The notes beneath the pieces were generated by a model. That model ran no database searches. It worked only from the letters and a program-made list of their open reading frames with translations, and had not been told where the DNA came from. Shown here piece by piece: positions 13,501-26,311 of a stretch of 64,000 bases of DNA. The position numbers and the translations under genes are program-made. Positions within the stretch are counted from its first letter, which is position 1. Each line of letters starts with the position of its first letter. This DNA comes from Hormiphora californensis (taxonomy: Eukaryota; Animalia; Ctenophora), in assembly GCA_020137815.1 (NCBI GenBank), contig CM035362.1, positions 5,890,001 to 5,954,000 of the forward strand, in the 5' to 3' direction.

Positions 13501-13584
13501 AGCTCTTCTCGACCCGCCACCACAGCTCTGGGACGGGAGAAAACACAGCAGAACATGGCACGAACTCTCTCATTTGTGTTTTAA
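4520..13584 (+). CDS. Multi-exon armadillo-repeat protein (C-terminal region reminiscent of ANKAR-like proteins); 5' end not resolved
   Basis: Phase-consistent GT-AG exons read manually: 4520-4608 (tentative), 4963-5056, 5321-5438, 5660-5734, 6095-6223, 7318-7376, 7690-7816, 7928-8037, 9068-9193, 9407-9534, 9729-9846, 10089-10178, 10571-10686, 10881-10948, 11019-11160, 11359-11460, 11770-11884, 12162-12271, 12415-12477, 12750-12829, 13440-13584 (TAA), ~730 aa. ARM-like segments GITTVIGMLETEDNDVKCIGTECIRILL and GLSPLIDMLYTGNLRERESAATLLASLS, then a polar low-complexity tail. Confidence 0.8.
5563..5632. mobile_element. Tc1/pogo-type MITE, TA-CAGTCGGACCCCGATTTA family
   Basis: TA-flanked TIRs. 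Other copies or fragments at ~836-914, 1449, 10760-10832, 14086-14157, 17213-17387, 23781-23866, 41000-41172, 49878-50110, 54629-54752, 60603-62481 and 63847-end. Confidence 0.8.
6418..7017. mobile_element. 600-bp MULE-like foldback element with a TTAGGG-rich core
   Basis: TIRs GGTG(T/G)GCGGACTCTAGTGCTA; 9-bp flanks AACCTAGTG (weak, since they lie in a minisatellite); sub-repeats GGACTCTTTATCTAAA; TTAGGG-like run at ~6716-6790. Confidence 0.7.
8200..9080 (+). repeat. 32-bp minisatellite (~27 copies) derived from a splice-acceptor junction
   Basis: Unit ACCATCACCCTCCCAG|GTATCACCATGGTAAC; the last copy is the real acceptor of exon 9068-9193. Confidence 0.9.
10197..10305. mobile_element. Full-length CAGGAACC-family MITE with 8-bp TSD (hAT-like)
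   Basis: TATCATAT on both sides. Further copies at 12486-12545, 13588-13660, 18082-18190, 19054-19162, 23267-23330, 28994-29080, 31957-32067, 32440-32507, 49666-49774 and 54364-54456. Confidence 0.85.
11422..11598 (+). repeat. 43-bp x4 tandem repeat of an exon end plus splice donor
   Basis: Unit GAAACTAGTCCTAATGTTCCCCTTTACAAGAATTTCCAG|GTAC; GT dinucleotides at 11461, 11504, 11547 and 11590. Confidence 0.9.
11892..11977. mobile_element. 86-bp micro-element (CTGT...ACAG termini) with 8-bp TSD
   Basis: TSD GGTAAGAT at 11884-11891 and 11978-11985; relatives at 37153-37223, 43349-43406 and 58615-58681. Confidence 0.75.
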
Positions 13585-14306
13585 GAAACAAGTAAACAAC
13601 CAATCAGAACTCGTTATTTAGGTCACGTGACTGGTTATCAGCCAATCAGGGACCAGTATATATGTGTGAGAAAACACAGCAGAACATGGCACGGACCCTC
13701 TCTTTTGTTTTTTAAGAAAATATGGGACTTTTGTTTTAAGAAAATATGGGACTTGGTAAATTTTATCTAAAACAGATGTTGAAAACAGTGGAAACAGGTG
13801 AGTGTATAATTGAACTTGTAAAAGAAGGAATGTTTTAAATTGTTCAGATTTAAATCAGCTAATTTTGTAAATAAAGTTATAATTTTTTGTAGTAAACACG
13901 AGTGTTAAAAAAGTAAGAAAACCATCCCTGATATATCAACAATCTTACAAACCTACTTACAAACTACAAAAACCCCACAAAAACTAACAATCATATTAAT
14001 AAAACCCCTCTAATTCTCCACAAACTGGTGCCACCACCATGATAGCTGTCTGAATTACCAATGTTGTCTGTTCTTCGTTCACGGGTACAGTCGGACCCCG
14101 ATTTATCGGGATGCTTGGGGGAAGGGGTTTTGCCCGGTAAATCGGGGTCCGTCTGTATTATTGTTGTCTGATCTTTAGTTCACGATAACAGCTAGAATTA
14201 TGTTTAATTGCCACATATCACACAGTGTTAGTCACGTGATATGATGTTAGTCACGTGATATGATGTAAGTCACGTGATGCCCAAATATGGAGATTTCATT
14301 GTTGTA

Positions 14307-17300
14307 CTACAAGTACAGGCGATCAAACAGTAAAGCCCCCTTGAAGTCTGGGATGTTCTCTATGTTGTATGCGTCACCCTCCACATCATCTCCTTCAGGC
14401 ATCACGTGATTCGTTCCGTAACCCTGGAAACAGAGGGTTAATAATGCGGCTTGGTCACGTGATACCCGTATAAGGGCATGGGCATCACGTGATTCGTTCC
14501 GTAACCCTGACAATCTAGGGTTAATAATGCGGGGCTTGGTCACGTGATACCCATATTTGATCACGGTGTGATCAAGCTTCAGTAATAAGCCTAAATTAAA
14601 AATCACGGATTAAATTAACAATCCCGGATTACTTTAAAAATCCCGGATTAAATTAAAAATCCCGGATTAAGTTAAAAATCCCGGATTAAATTAAAAATCC
14701 CGGATTAAGTTAAAAATCCTGGACGAAAAATCCCAGATTATCTCTACATTACCTCCACAGTGAGTTTTATTTTTTCCTCTCCATAGAAACTCTCCTCGAA
14801 AAACTCCATCAGCAATTCTGGAGTGACTTTCTTGAGGGCTGCAATCTGTGTAGGAGAAACGGTTCATTGTGTCATGGATGGATATATCTGGTATGATACG
14901 GTGATATAATAGTTGAGGGAGGCCGGAGGGGGCAGGTTGTTATGTTCTAACCCTCCGAGGCCGAGGCACGCGAAACAGAGTCTAGCTAGGCAAGGAGGCT
15001 CTGTTAGAAACTCACACACCTGTGCTGACTATCAGTAGCCTATATATAACACATGAAGAAGATAACGAGATCATAGCAAGAACGAAAAAAAGTCGTTCAC
15101 TCAGTCAACTCGATTCGAAACGGTGTCATTGCAAATCTAACTTACGTTCTTAGTGGATCTCTCAAAATCAATTTCTGCGTCACCAAACAGCTGCGACCAA
15201 GACCTCCACATACTATCGGAGTAGGAAGCGGGTTTTTCCTCCAATGACCGAATTGAAGTTGCCACAGCTTCCTTTATCTCCGCCTATAGAGATTACAAAG
15301 TTAAGAGGAAGGCTGCTCCCGTTGCCATGGGGATATTTTGAAAGGTGGCGGTTTTATAAAAAATATGTAGTGACTTTATAGAAAATTAGTGATTTTATAG
15401 AAAAAAAAACAGTTACAAAATAGTGACTTTATACTTTATAGAAAGGTAGGGATTTTATAGAAAAAACAGTTACATATGTTCGCAAAAGGCAAGCTTCCCC
15501 TCGTCCGACCCGAAGTTGGAATCATATGGGTTTAGTTTGTCGAACCGGCAAGTTGCTAACATTTTCAAATCTTCACTACTTCTCAAATGATCCCATACTT
15601 TCAGTCTAATCCCAAAATCCTATTAAAAATAGAGACAAAAATAACGGCACCAAACTGTGAAATGCCCTTGCATTAGTGCGAGTAGAATAAAATCAATTTT
15701 CTATCTAAAGGCCGAGTTTATAGCAAGAAAGGACTATTTTACAACGAATTCTCTGGTTAGTATGGTAACCAACTCCGTTGTCATGGTAAATCAATCGAAC
15801 TCTATCGAGTTCTATCGCCAGCAACTGGATGAAAATTTATCCATTTCATTATGCACAATGCACAGGCTTTGGTTACGAAGTTACCCCTTGCCAGCGTGTG
15901 CACGCGAAGGTCGCCCGGCGACAGAGTGTGAGGTGTCTTCGATACCAAGCACAGGCTTATGTAACAAAAAGGGGCGTTTTTATAGCTTATTGTTCATCAT
16001 AACCTGAAATAAATAATCTTCATTACTTTCACAAAGGCTCAAAGTTTGAATATCAAATTTGCCAAAATTGTGCAGGGGCCACCCCAAAATTAATCTCTAA
16101 GTAATTAATTAATTAATTTTGACTATTCCCACTTTCTGTAGATTATATTATATGTTTTATGCATGAAGAACATTCCTAGAAAGTTTCAAGTCGATATTTT
16201 AAGCAGAACGGAAAATATAATTTAGTGCATGGGCAAACAAAATGGTGCAAGGGCACATGTTCAGGGGAAATTTGCACAAATTGTGCAGGGGCAAATTTTA
16301 ATTAATTTGCCTATAATTAATTACCTAATTGATATATTAATCATACGGCTCTTCTAGTACTCGTAGTTATGCTACTAGAACATGCATAGAAAGTTTCGTG
16401 TCAAAATATTAAACGGTATGGACACAGTTCGATCATAAAATTGGTGCAAGGGCTGCCCTTGCACCATTTGCCCTTGCACATTGCCTGCCCTTGCACCAAA
16501 TTCCATTTTTTGCACGGCTCTAACTAACTAATTAATTAATTTTGACTATTCCCACTTTTCGAACATCATCTTTTATGATTGAAGAACATTCCTACAAAGT
16601 TTCAAGTCGATATTTTAAGCAGAACGGAAAATAGAATTTGGTGCAAGGGCGCGGTGCAAGGGACATAACACGCAATGTGCAGGGGCACGGTGCCCTTGCA
16701 CCGTTTTTAATTACCTATAATTAATTAATTAATTAAAAATTCAAAAATCCGCCAACGTCATGACACAAAGGAATACTACAAGAACATGCCTACAAAATTT
16801 CAAGTCGATATCTCAAACGGTGTGGCCACAATCGTTGACATGTTTTTTGCCCCCCCCCCCCCCCAAAAAAAGACCTTTCTTTGTTCTTAATAGGGCCGGC
16901 ATTTTTGGGTTTTTGTGCAGGGGCGAAAAAATTTTTTTTCTTTTTTTCGTTTTTTGCTGTTTTCTTCGGGTCGGAGGTGCCTGCCGGCACCTAAATAATC
17001 CCAATTACCTGTCCTTCAGTAGTATTTACAAGTCCCTGAAGTCTCTCGTACTCGTTGGCAATGTGAGCAGCGACCTCTTGGCCCATAACAACTGGCCCTG
17101 TAATTAGGAGTTAATTGGTCGTTAATTAGTTGTTAATTATGATGTTTGTCATGATACCCAAAGGAGCATTTAATAACATTTACTATACCTAGTATTCTTT
17201 GCCCAATTATAATACAGTCTGACCCCGATTTAGGGACACCCTCGGGGGAAAGCGTTTTGCCCGGTAAATCGGGGTGCCCGGTATATCGGGGTCAAATACC

Positions 17301-20300
17301 TTTACTTTCCTATATCGGGGAAGTTTACCCTCTTGGTAAATCGAGGTTCCGCTAAATCGGGGCCCGGTAAATCGGGGTCCGACTGTACCTAGTATTCTTT
17401 GCCCAATTTTAATAATTACCTGCATCTAGACGAGCTCCAGTAACGGAGAATCTGAATGTCTGGTATTTTCCCTCGTACCCAACACCGCAACCCGCAGCAT
17501 ACCCGAGCTTTTTCTGAAAATCGATACACTTGTTATTTTCATATTATTGTCAACACCGCAACCCGCAGCATACCCGAGCTTTTTCTGAAAATCGATACAC
17601 TTGTTATTTTCATGTTATTAATTGTCATTCTGACGGTAAAAACTTTCGTTGGATGAGCGGATAACTGTTTATTAGCCTCATTTAGAGTTACTTTTTTGGC
17701 AGCTCATGGGTTGTATAAGCACAGTTAATATTTCAATGACGGTAGAACAAATATCTATTGGCACGAAGGTGAAATAAGAATCAGGGAGTGACAAATGTTA
17801 GCGCGGGGATGTGAAACAAAGTATACTATACCTTACTCTCGTTTTTTAAGAAACGCTTTAGTAAGAAACTTTTTTATAAGAAACTTTTAAAATGTAAATT
17901 ACACAATTCAGGGACGCCACAACAAAATAGAACACCCCTAACTTGTTTAGTTTCTTGATAAAGGAGAAATTCTTTTTGTTTTTGGATTGCCTACACCTGT
18001 AGTTTCCTAGAAAAAAAGTTTCTTATTTAAAAGTTTCTTGAAATATGCGAGCTTAATTAACGAGAGTAAGGTAGTTTCAGCCAGGAACCGACCGAATCAG
18101 GCAATACTGGTCCCTGATTGGCTGATAACCGGTCACGTGACCTAAATAACGAGTTCTGATTGGTTGTTTACTTGTTTCGGTCGGTTCCTGATTTCAGTAC
18201 ATACCACTGTGCGAAGGTAATTGAAGCATCCCTGTCCCATGAGGACTTCCAGAACGGTCGCCAGAGCATGTACCATATATGGCGTGTCATATTCTGAGCC
18301 GTATCCTGCTTTAACTTTCCCAAGGAAGTACAATATCTGAAGAGAATACATATTGAAACATCATGTGATGGCATATAGTTACCATGGTAACCAGGTGTGT
18401 GTCATAATTACCATGGTAACCAGGTGTGTGTCATAGTTACCATGGTTACGATACAAAGCATCAGTGATGCTGCATCATGCGATGAACTTTGGGCTCATGG
18501 TTATATCAGTTTTTCAACGGATACCACCCTGCCTATATCCCACGATCATATATTTTAATTTGCCAAGCTAGACTGCAATTCGCACGTCCTACACTTTTTA
18601 TAAAATAAAATAAAAAGAGTTTGAACAAAGCAAACTTTAATTTGATAAGAGTGGTTTCCATGGGGGGATGGACCACTTAACTTACTCGTGAAGCTGCGTT
18701 TGGTTCCCGTGGAACCAGGTGTGTGTAACCATAGTTACCATGGTAACCAGGTAACCACTTAACTTACTCGTGAAGCTGCGTTTGGTTCCCGTGGGTTCGG
18801 TGATCGTTTCCTCAGCAACCACTCTCCAGGTGGTAACAGTAAGGGCTCATCATCCAGTTGGGCTCTCCGGTTTTCATCTACCACTTTTCCTGTGAACATT
18901 CATGGAGTTTGGATTCTTGGTTGCCTGGCAACGAGAATAATATACGCCGGCAGGTTAGGTTATCGAAAGTGTGAGTTTATCACAGCTCTCTTTCACATAA
19001 TATAGTGATTAGTGATAGGGTTGTCTAAAAACTCCGTGATGAGATATGACAATCGGGAACCGACCAAATCGGAAAATACTGGTCCCTGATTGACTGATAA
19101 CCAGTCACGTGACCTAAATAACGAGTTCTGATTAGTTGTTTACTTGTGTCGGTCGGTTCCTGAGATCTATGACAATGGATATTAAGATCAATACCTGCGC
19201 CAAGGTTCGTCCTAATTTGGCTGGTGAAGTTGAGTGCTCTTTCCTCATTCACATTTCCAAACATTCCACATTCAATTGCAACATCCTCCAAGAATCTGTC
19301 CCGATATTCCTCGACCTTAAAATAGAGACAAATATTCGTAAAATGAATCCTTCTTCTGGTAGTGCCGGGTTTGGAACCCTAACGAACTATCGGTAATGCG
19401 ATTATATGGCCAACATTAGTGTGAGTGCTCGTGAGTGAAAATTGACTTGTTAGGGATTACAGAATGTATTTCAACACGCTGATCAGCACGTCCACCACTC
19501 CGCCGTTGCGGCGTAGCAAGGCCATCCACCAATCATTTTATGTAGAGCATCTTTCTTCAGACGCTTATTTGACTGGTTATTTACCTGTTTCTGGGTGACT
19601 TGTTCCAAAGCCTCCAGCTTATCAGCATTACTCAGATCATCTGGGTAAACAAGTTGTTTAAACACTTTGTAGACCACTGCAGATATCCCATCATCACTCT
19701 CTTTTAGCGAGTTTTTAATCCGGTCCCTGTATAAAAGGTTCTCGTATAACTTCATTCAAATTATTGCCCACACTTATTTGAGCTGGGTAGTTTTATCAAA
19801 TTTTAGTAAATTATCCTCATATTTGTTTACCTAATTGTAATATTGAAATGAGATTCATCTTGCTCGAAGCTGATGTCATTCATAACTTTGAAGATGTTAC
19901 TGATAATTCGGCTAACCACATCGGGATCAGAGTAACCGCTCAGAAACACCCCAAATGAGCCCATGCCAGAGCTGAAACTGAACCTGAAAAACGGAAAAGA
20001 GAAAATTAAATAATGAAAAGCAGAACTGAAAATTAAAAAAGAAGGAATAAATATGGTCATGAACAGACATGAAGTGGAATGAATTTGTGAAGTAACAATA
20101 CTGATCTTTATACCGGGTCGTTACCTGTAATCAGAAAGTTCTGCCACAGCAGCAATTTCATCTTTCTTTTCTTGAACCGTATACATATAATAGAATAGGC
20201 TACTCTTTGCCCAATCCAGCGCAGTTTTAAACCTGAAATGGTTATATTTATAAAGGAGCACAGAATTATATTGATAAAGGAGCACTTTAGCACTTACCTT

Positions 20301-23300
20301 TGATCAGGAATTATTCGGCAGTACATATCCAACTTTGGCTCAGGGAACTGAGACTCTTGCGCCAACCAAATTGTCAAATTATTTTCGTTCGGAACTTGCA
20401 CCTAGGAAACATGTATTGTGATAAGGAGACAAAGACCAAAGAGAAGACACACTGCAGATAATGTAGTTGATAACTGATATATGTTTGACTAGGATCAAGT
20501 ACCGCATGTGGGCCAATGGTATGTTTGATTTTCTTTCCTAATTAGTTATTCTTTCTTACTGAAATATTCTGAATAAAAAGATCTGAGCAAAAATTAAATA
20601 TGTTATATTCTTACTGGGTTCTCGGGAGCATCCCCTACAATCGGTAAAATTTCAAAGTTTTGTGGCACAAAATCATGTGGTATGGGAAGGTGCAACTCCG
20701 GGTCTTCCTCGATATTTTCTAATTCCTCCAGGAAATCCTCCTCGATATTCCTCACTTCATAGCTGGTGTTGTACCACTTTTCTGTTCTTGTTAGTGGTGG
20801 ACAGAACTCGTTCCCTTCAACTTCATACTTTCCCGATGCCTGCAAGAAACGAAGGGTTTATTAATACACAATTCAAATTTAAGGATCAGTCTCACACAAA
20901 GATGGATAGTGTGGAAGTGCGGAATCCAGGGAAAATGAACAAGAATTACCACAAATTTACCTTGTAAGTCATTACTATACTTACCACTCATAAATGTTCA
21001 TGTAAGTCATGTTACTTACCACTCATAAATGTTCATGTAAGTCATGTTACTCACCACGTAAATGTTCATATTCTCAGGAATCAAACATCGAAGAACTGAG
21101 TTTTCTTTATCTGCATCAAACTGAATGGTAGAGGGCGCTCCAAGATAGCCCTCGGGTTTCGCACCACTCTCAATGTTATCCAAAATCGTACTGAAAAATC
21201 ATCAAATAATATATTGCTTGAGTCTCAATATGGGGATAAAAATGTATTTGTTTGGAAAATACAGCAACATAATATTATTTGTCCAACAAACAGAGATAAT
21301 TTAGTTAATTAATGAAAATTAGTTAATTAATTAAACCTTGGTATCCACGCTGGATCAGCTCTACCTCCATGCTGGAACTTTCTCTCCCGTTTTGACATCA
21401 TCTGCTCCCACAAAACCTTGTTTACTCCACTCTGACACAAAAACAGTCATTAATAAAATGCAGGATCACCATAGTCGCGCTGACGTCGGAAAAAAAACAA
21501 ACCAGGATCACCCTGATTTTGTAATAATATGCTAGATATATGGGATCCTAGTTGACCAATTGAATCTTTCCTATTTGAGGAAGGAGTCAGTTGATTGCCA
21601 GAGAGGATTATACCACGGAATAAAATGTTGTTTTGTTCAAACCTTGTCGAACAAGGCAAATAAAATGGAGGTCCTAGTTTTAATCTTTTTACCTTCAATG
21701 CAGATTTGAGGAAACTCATGACAGTTTTTACAATGAGGTCAACTTCGCCCAATCCCTTGTCAGTTAGAGAAACCACAATTGTCAGCATATTCTTGTCAAC
21801 CGCGGAAGAAGCGTACAGACCCGTTATGTAACCCCTGCAGTAGAGAAAAGGAGTTAGATAATAAATATTTTCGCCGATTTTTCGGTGTAATGATTGATCC
21901 GTTATGTAACCCCTCGGTGTAATGATTGAAAATTTGCTAAACAATGTTTATCACGTTTAGGAAAGTTTATTAAGTAACTTTAGTAAATTATTAAGTTTAT
22001 TAAAGTGGTTCAACTCACTTTTCTTGAAGGTACCGGTAAACGCTACCCCGTTGCCCCGTTGAATCCATGACATAGTAGAGGTAGTCCACCGTCCTGTTTT
22101 CCAGGGGCAGATTCGCTGCAAACGCCATCGTCAGGCTAGAGTCCTCGTTCTTGCTTTTTATCCAGAATCGTTTGTTGAGGTAGGTGGCGTTTGGGAAGGG
22201 ATGGGAGCTGAAGACGTAGGGTTCTTGATCCGTATTGGAAATAGGCTCGTATATCTCCCTGATCTTGGACTCCAAACTGAAAAAAAAGAAAAACTCAGAT
22301 GAAGTTGTTTTACATGTTGTTTTGCAAACGATCCATCGCTTCAGGATTAGTTTTGTATATTTATCAAAGTCTGAAGTCTTAGTTAAAACACGTTTTTAGC
22401 ATTTCCATACCTATCAAGTGTCATGTTTGACAGAGCTGCCATGTACATCAAGTTCCCACTGTAATAACGGTGGTGGAAAGCCTTGGCCTTATCAATGATA
22501 TCACTGGTGTTTAGAGAACCGCTACTTCCCGTGCTGAAGGGACCGTAGCCGGAGTCCGGGTTGGCGTAGGTTAGGGCAATTGCTAAGAGTGCTCTGTGAG
22601 AGAGAGAATGACAAGGATTAGAATAAAGCAATAAAATTTCAATACATACCAGCGTATTGATTCCCTCGAATGAGTTATAATATGTACCGGTACATACATG
22701 TATGATAATGTTTTATTATAATCAGTATGAGTCCTGGCTGAGAGAGTAATTGCTGTTTGTATGAGCCAATCATATGCTAGGATTTCAAAATCCAGGCCTG
22801 TGATTGGTCAGTTAAATACCTGTAGTTGTTGTTTATATTCCTTTTGTACTCGCTGTCCACTGCCGCTATCGCAGAATCAAATCTCTCAGGAAACATTGTG
22901 GGGTAACCTACACACAGAGCGAATTAGTGATACACACAGATACACAGGGTGAATTAGTGATACAAACTAATCATCAATTAGATTGTAGAATCGGCCGGAT
23001 TTTTGTTAACAGTGGTATATTTCCCATCTGTGTGTGAGCGAGCCCAAGTGATTGGGTGACTTCGTACCCAAGAACTATGAACTAGTTGCAATGGAGCCAA
23101 AGAACTAACTATAAACTGACCTATGAAGCTGGCGAGCATTCGGGCAGGTGTTTCCCAGAATTCATTCTGTATGTAAAAGTAATATCCAGTTCCCAGGGTC
23201 CACGTCATTCCGTTATAACCGCCACCCTTGTCAGACAAGAACCTGCAGAGGTGATGATTTAGTTAAGAAATACTGGTCCCTGATTGGCTGATAGCCAGTC

Positions 23301-25472
23301 ACGTGACCTAAATAACGAGTTCTGATTGGTCCACGTCATCCCGTTATAACCACCTCCCTTATCAGACAAGAACCTACAGAGGAGATGATGAGGCAAGATT
23401 TAGTTAACTCGGAAGCTGCACCAAAATCTCAACCGAAATTTCAACTGTGGCGCTGTCAGACCCCGTTTCGATTCTGAGCACCGAGCAACATACATTATAC
23501 ATTATACATGAACATTATACATACTTTGGGTAGGCAGTAGCATCAGGGTACTCCTCGGACCCTTCGAATAACATGTGTTCCACGAAATGTGCTAGACCCG
23601 GAACTTCCTCTCCAGCATATCCCATACCTAAACAAATAAATCAAAAAATAAATCAACAAACAAATGAATTAACAAATAAACAACAATAATAATCAATACT
23701 CGAACTAGGAAAAGTCCATTACACAGATGTCATATTTACTACATATAATTAGGGGAGAACAGTTTGATATGATACCGGTATGCAGTCGGACCCCGATTTA
23801 CCGGGATGCTCAGGGAAAGTGTTTTCCCGGTAAATCGGGGTTCCGGTAACTCGGGGTCCGACTGTATTGTATAACTTACGGATTCGGATCTCCACGGTTG
23901 TCTTCGGAGTTCTCGGATCACTCACAATGACGGCCTTTATTTTATTGCTCAACGTTATGGCTCTGTACTCCCGATCATCTTGGACAGGTTTGATAATGTT
24001 CCCGCCATCGTGACCATCCGACTCTGAAGAAAAGGGTGTCATGAGGAAGGTTGAGAATGGGTATTTTTCAGCAGCTTTCAGTCTCCTAGGCATTATTTTA
24101 CCAGAATCGGCACACTAGTGGTTGACCGTGTATAAGGTCCACGGTACTATGCCACATGACTCAATCGTATGGCAATTATTTTGGTATTATAGGGTAAGCT
24201 GGGGCAAAATGGCCCACGGGGCAATGTGGCCCATGTATGGGGCAAAGTGGCCCTAGTAATAACATGTGGTCACGTGACTTTTTCTCCAGCGGAGACCTGC
24301 TCGTTCTGTTCCGAATTTTCGCTTTAAAACTGCTGTCATTTCTGTTTGGGTTGGCCGATTTTAATTTTACAAAAACTGCCAGTTAGGCTTTATAATTCTC
24401 TAAAACGTGGCCAAATATGGCCCACTCTCCGGGGCAAAGTGGTCCGGTCTGGGGCAAAGTGGCCCACCTCTAGGACCAATGAAATGGCGCCTGCAATACC
24501 ACGTGACATTGGAATGCACAAAAATGTAGTCCAGACGGTCAAATTAGGGTCAAAGTAGCCCATGTTCCGGTGCAGAACATGGGCCACTTTGCCCCTAATT
24601 TGATCGTTTCGTCTAACAACACCAGGCACGTGATAAAATCGAGCAATGCTATTGGCTTGAGCCACTTTGCCCCGATGCAAATTTTCCAAAAAAAGCCGAA
24701 CCAAATTATTTGAATTGATTAATTAACCCATTAAATAAAACTTGTAGATTTTAAAATTTAACTCGGCTGAAAGGAAAAGGTTTCATTGGATAGCCTATAT
24801 ATATTTTTTCTTCCTGCTGTATAAATTGCGTATTTTAGAACCTAAAACGCTAAAAGTGGGCCACTTTCGCCCCAGCTTACCCTATACTCTATAGGTAAAA
24901 AGTGCTCACATTGATCTGCAGATTCCCAGGACCCAGCTGCTTTTATTTTGTGCAATGTGCTTCTGATAGCTTTATACGAAACACACGTGTGTCACTGGCA
25001 CATTATCAAAAAGATGACCATCTCTTACCTTTTTCCTGTTCGTTTTGAAAGAAGAAATCGAAGCCGAATTCACCTATTGAATGGCCATATAAAAATCCAA
25101 AAATATATTTACTAGCTAGATCATGGAACAGACCATCTCTTCCGTACAATGGCCGGACCGCTACGGTTTTTTATAAGGAAGGAATACATGAGTCATACAC
25201 CAGAATTCCAATTCACTCTTTATCATATAGCCCTTTACACATGACATGTGACCCTTTCACACAGTCACACACACAGTCACACACCCGTATGTCGTACGTG
25301 TGACGGGTGAGTGGGTGACCCTTTCACACACGTGACGTCACGTACCCGGCTGGATGGTGGGAAGGATGGTGGGTCCCCAGAATGTCGGCTCCTCCGCTTC
25401 CTCCTCATTGTAATCTCTGTTTGGTGCTGCGTTTAAGACACCAGCAGTGCACAGCAACAACACTAACAACAT
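14307..25472 (-). CDS. Peptidase family M16A (insulysin/pitrilysin-like) zinc metalloendopeptidase with predicted signal peptide, ~23 exons
   Basis: Phase-consistent exons give MLLVLLLCTAGVLNAAP...IIKPVQDDREYRAITLSNKIKAVIVSDP...VPGLAHFVEHMLFEGSEEYP (HXXEH at ~23575-23589)...AVDSEY...HRYYSGNLM...EKWYNTSY...LHLPIPHDFVPQNF...FNYLRTVKKLGY...stop TAG at 14307. These are typical M16A motifs in the expected order. Confidence 0.9.
15990..16960. repeat. Intronic foldback-like repeat with GCCCTTGCAC / GTGCAAGGGC sub-repeats
   Basis: Multiple inverted sub-repeats and an internal duplicated block (~16100-16220 vs ~16525-16640). Confidence 0.6.
17829..18073. mobile_element. TA-flanked MITE
   Basis: TIRs TACCTTACTCTCGTTT / AAACGAGAGTAAGGTA. 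Confidence 0.7.
24190..24884. mobile_element. TIR element, TAGGGTA-terminus family
   Basis: TAGGGTAAGCTGGGGC...GCCCCAGCTTACCCTA; internal GGGGCAAAGTGGCCC sub-repeats; lies in intron 1 of the peptidase. Confidence 0.8.
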
Positions 25473-26211
25473 CTTAGTAAAATAGGTGTGGGTTAACTGA
25501 AAGAAAAAGAGAGAGAGATAGATAGAAAGATAGATAGAAAGATAGATAGAGGCAAAAAGGGAGAGAGAAAGAGGGAAAGCGATAGAAACGACAGTTGCAG
25601 TATGAGAAAACTGCGGAGGGTATAAGACGTGCACAGCTATTTATTGGATTATAACAGGATAACGGAATTTACGAACTGGCTTATGATCCGGTTATAGCTG
25701 TTATCGAACCCCATCCCTCTCTCTCTCTCTCTCTCCCTCTCTCTCCGCTCCGTTTTTCTTTTCCGTGTCTTTCCACTTTCCGGTTCCATGTCTCTCTTCT
25801 CTCACCCGCTTTTTTCCCCCTCTCTGCTTAGTCCCCCCTTTTTCTCCTCTCTTTCTCCTCTCCCCCCCCCCTTTTCCGTTTTGGCGGCTTCTCGATTTTT
25901 TCTTATTTCTAACTTCCTCTTCTCTTCTCTCTTCTCTCTCTCTTTCTGTTCCTTCTTTCTTTCTCTCACCCTTCTTTGGGCCCCCTTTCCTCTTTCTTTT
26001 TTTTTCTTTTCTCAATATCTTCTCTCCCTTCTCTCTCTGGGCTCGTCCCTTTTTCTCTCTTCTTTCCCCTCTCTTTCCGGGGCCCTCTCCTCAGGTAAGG
26101 TCCCCCTTATTCCTAAACCTCCCTCTCAGTCCTCCACTGGGGTCTTCATTTCTCTTTAACGCTAAATTTACATCGGGTTTTCTCTTTTCCTATTTTCCCC
26201 CCCTCTATGTT

Positions 26212-26311
26212 NNNNNNNNNNNNNNNNNNNNNNNNNNNNNNNNNNNNNNNNNNNNNNNNNNNNNNNNNNNNNNNNNNNNNNNNNNNNNNNNNNNNNNNNN
26301 NNNNNNNNNNN
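26212..26311. other. Assembly gap (N run) with low-quality flanks
   Basis: Run of N; adjacent degenerate pyrimidine-rich sequence. Confidence 0.95.

Noticed and set aside
24024-24093. ATG at 24093 (MPRRLKAAEK...) as the peptidase start
   Set aside because: A phase-compatible acceptor at 24024 joins the upstream signal-peptide exon; this stretch is most likely intronic, though a cytosolic isoform is not excluded.
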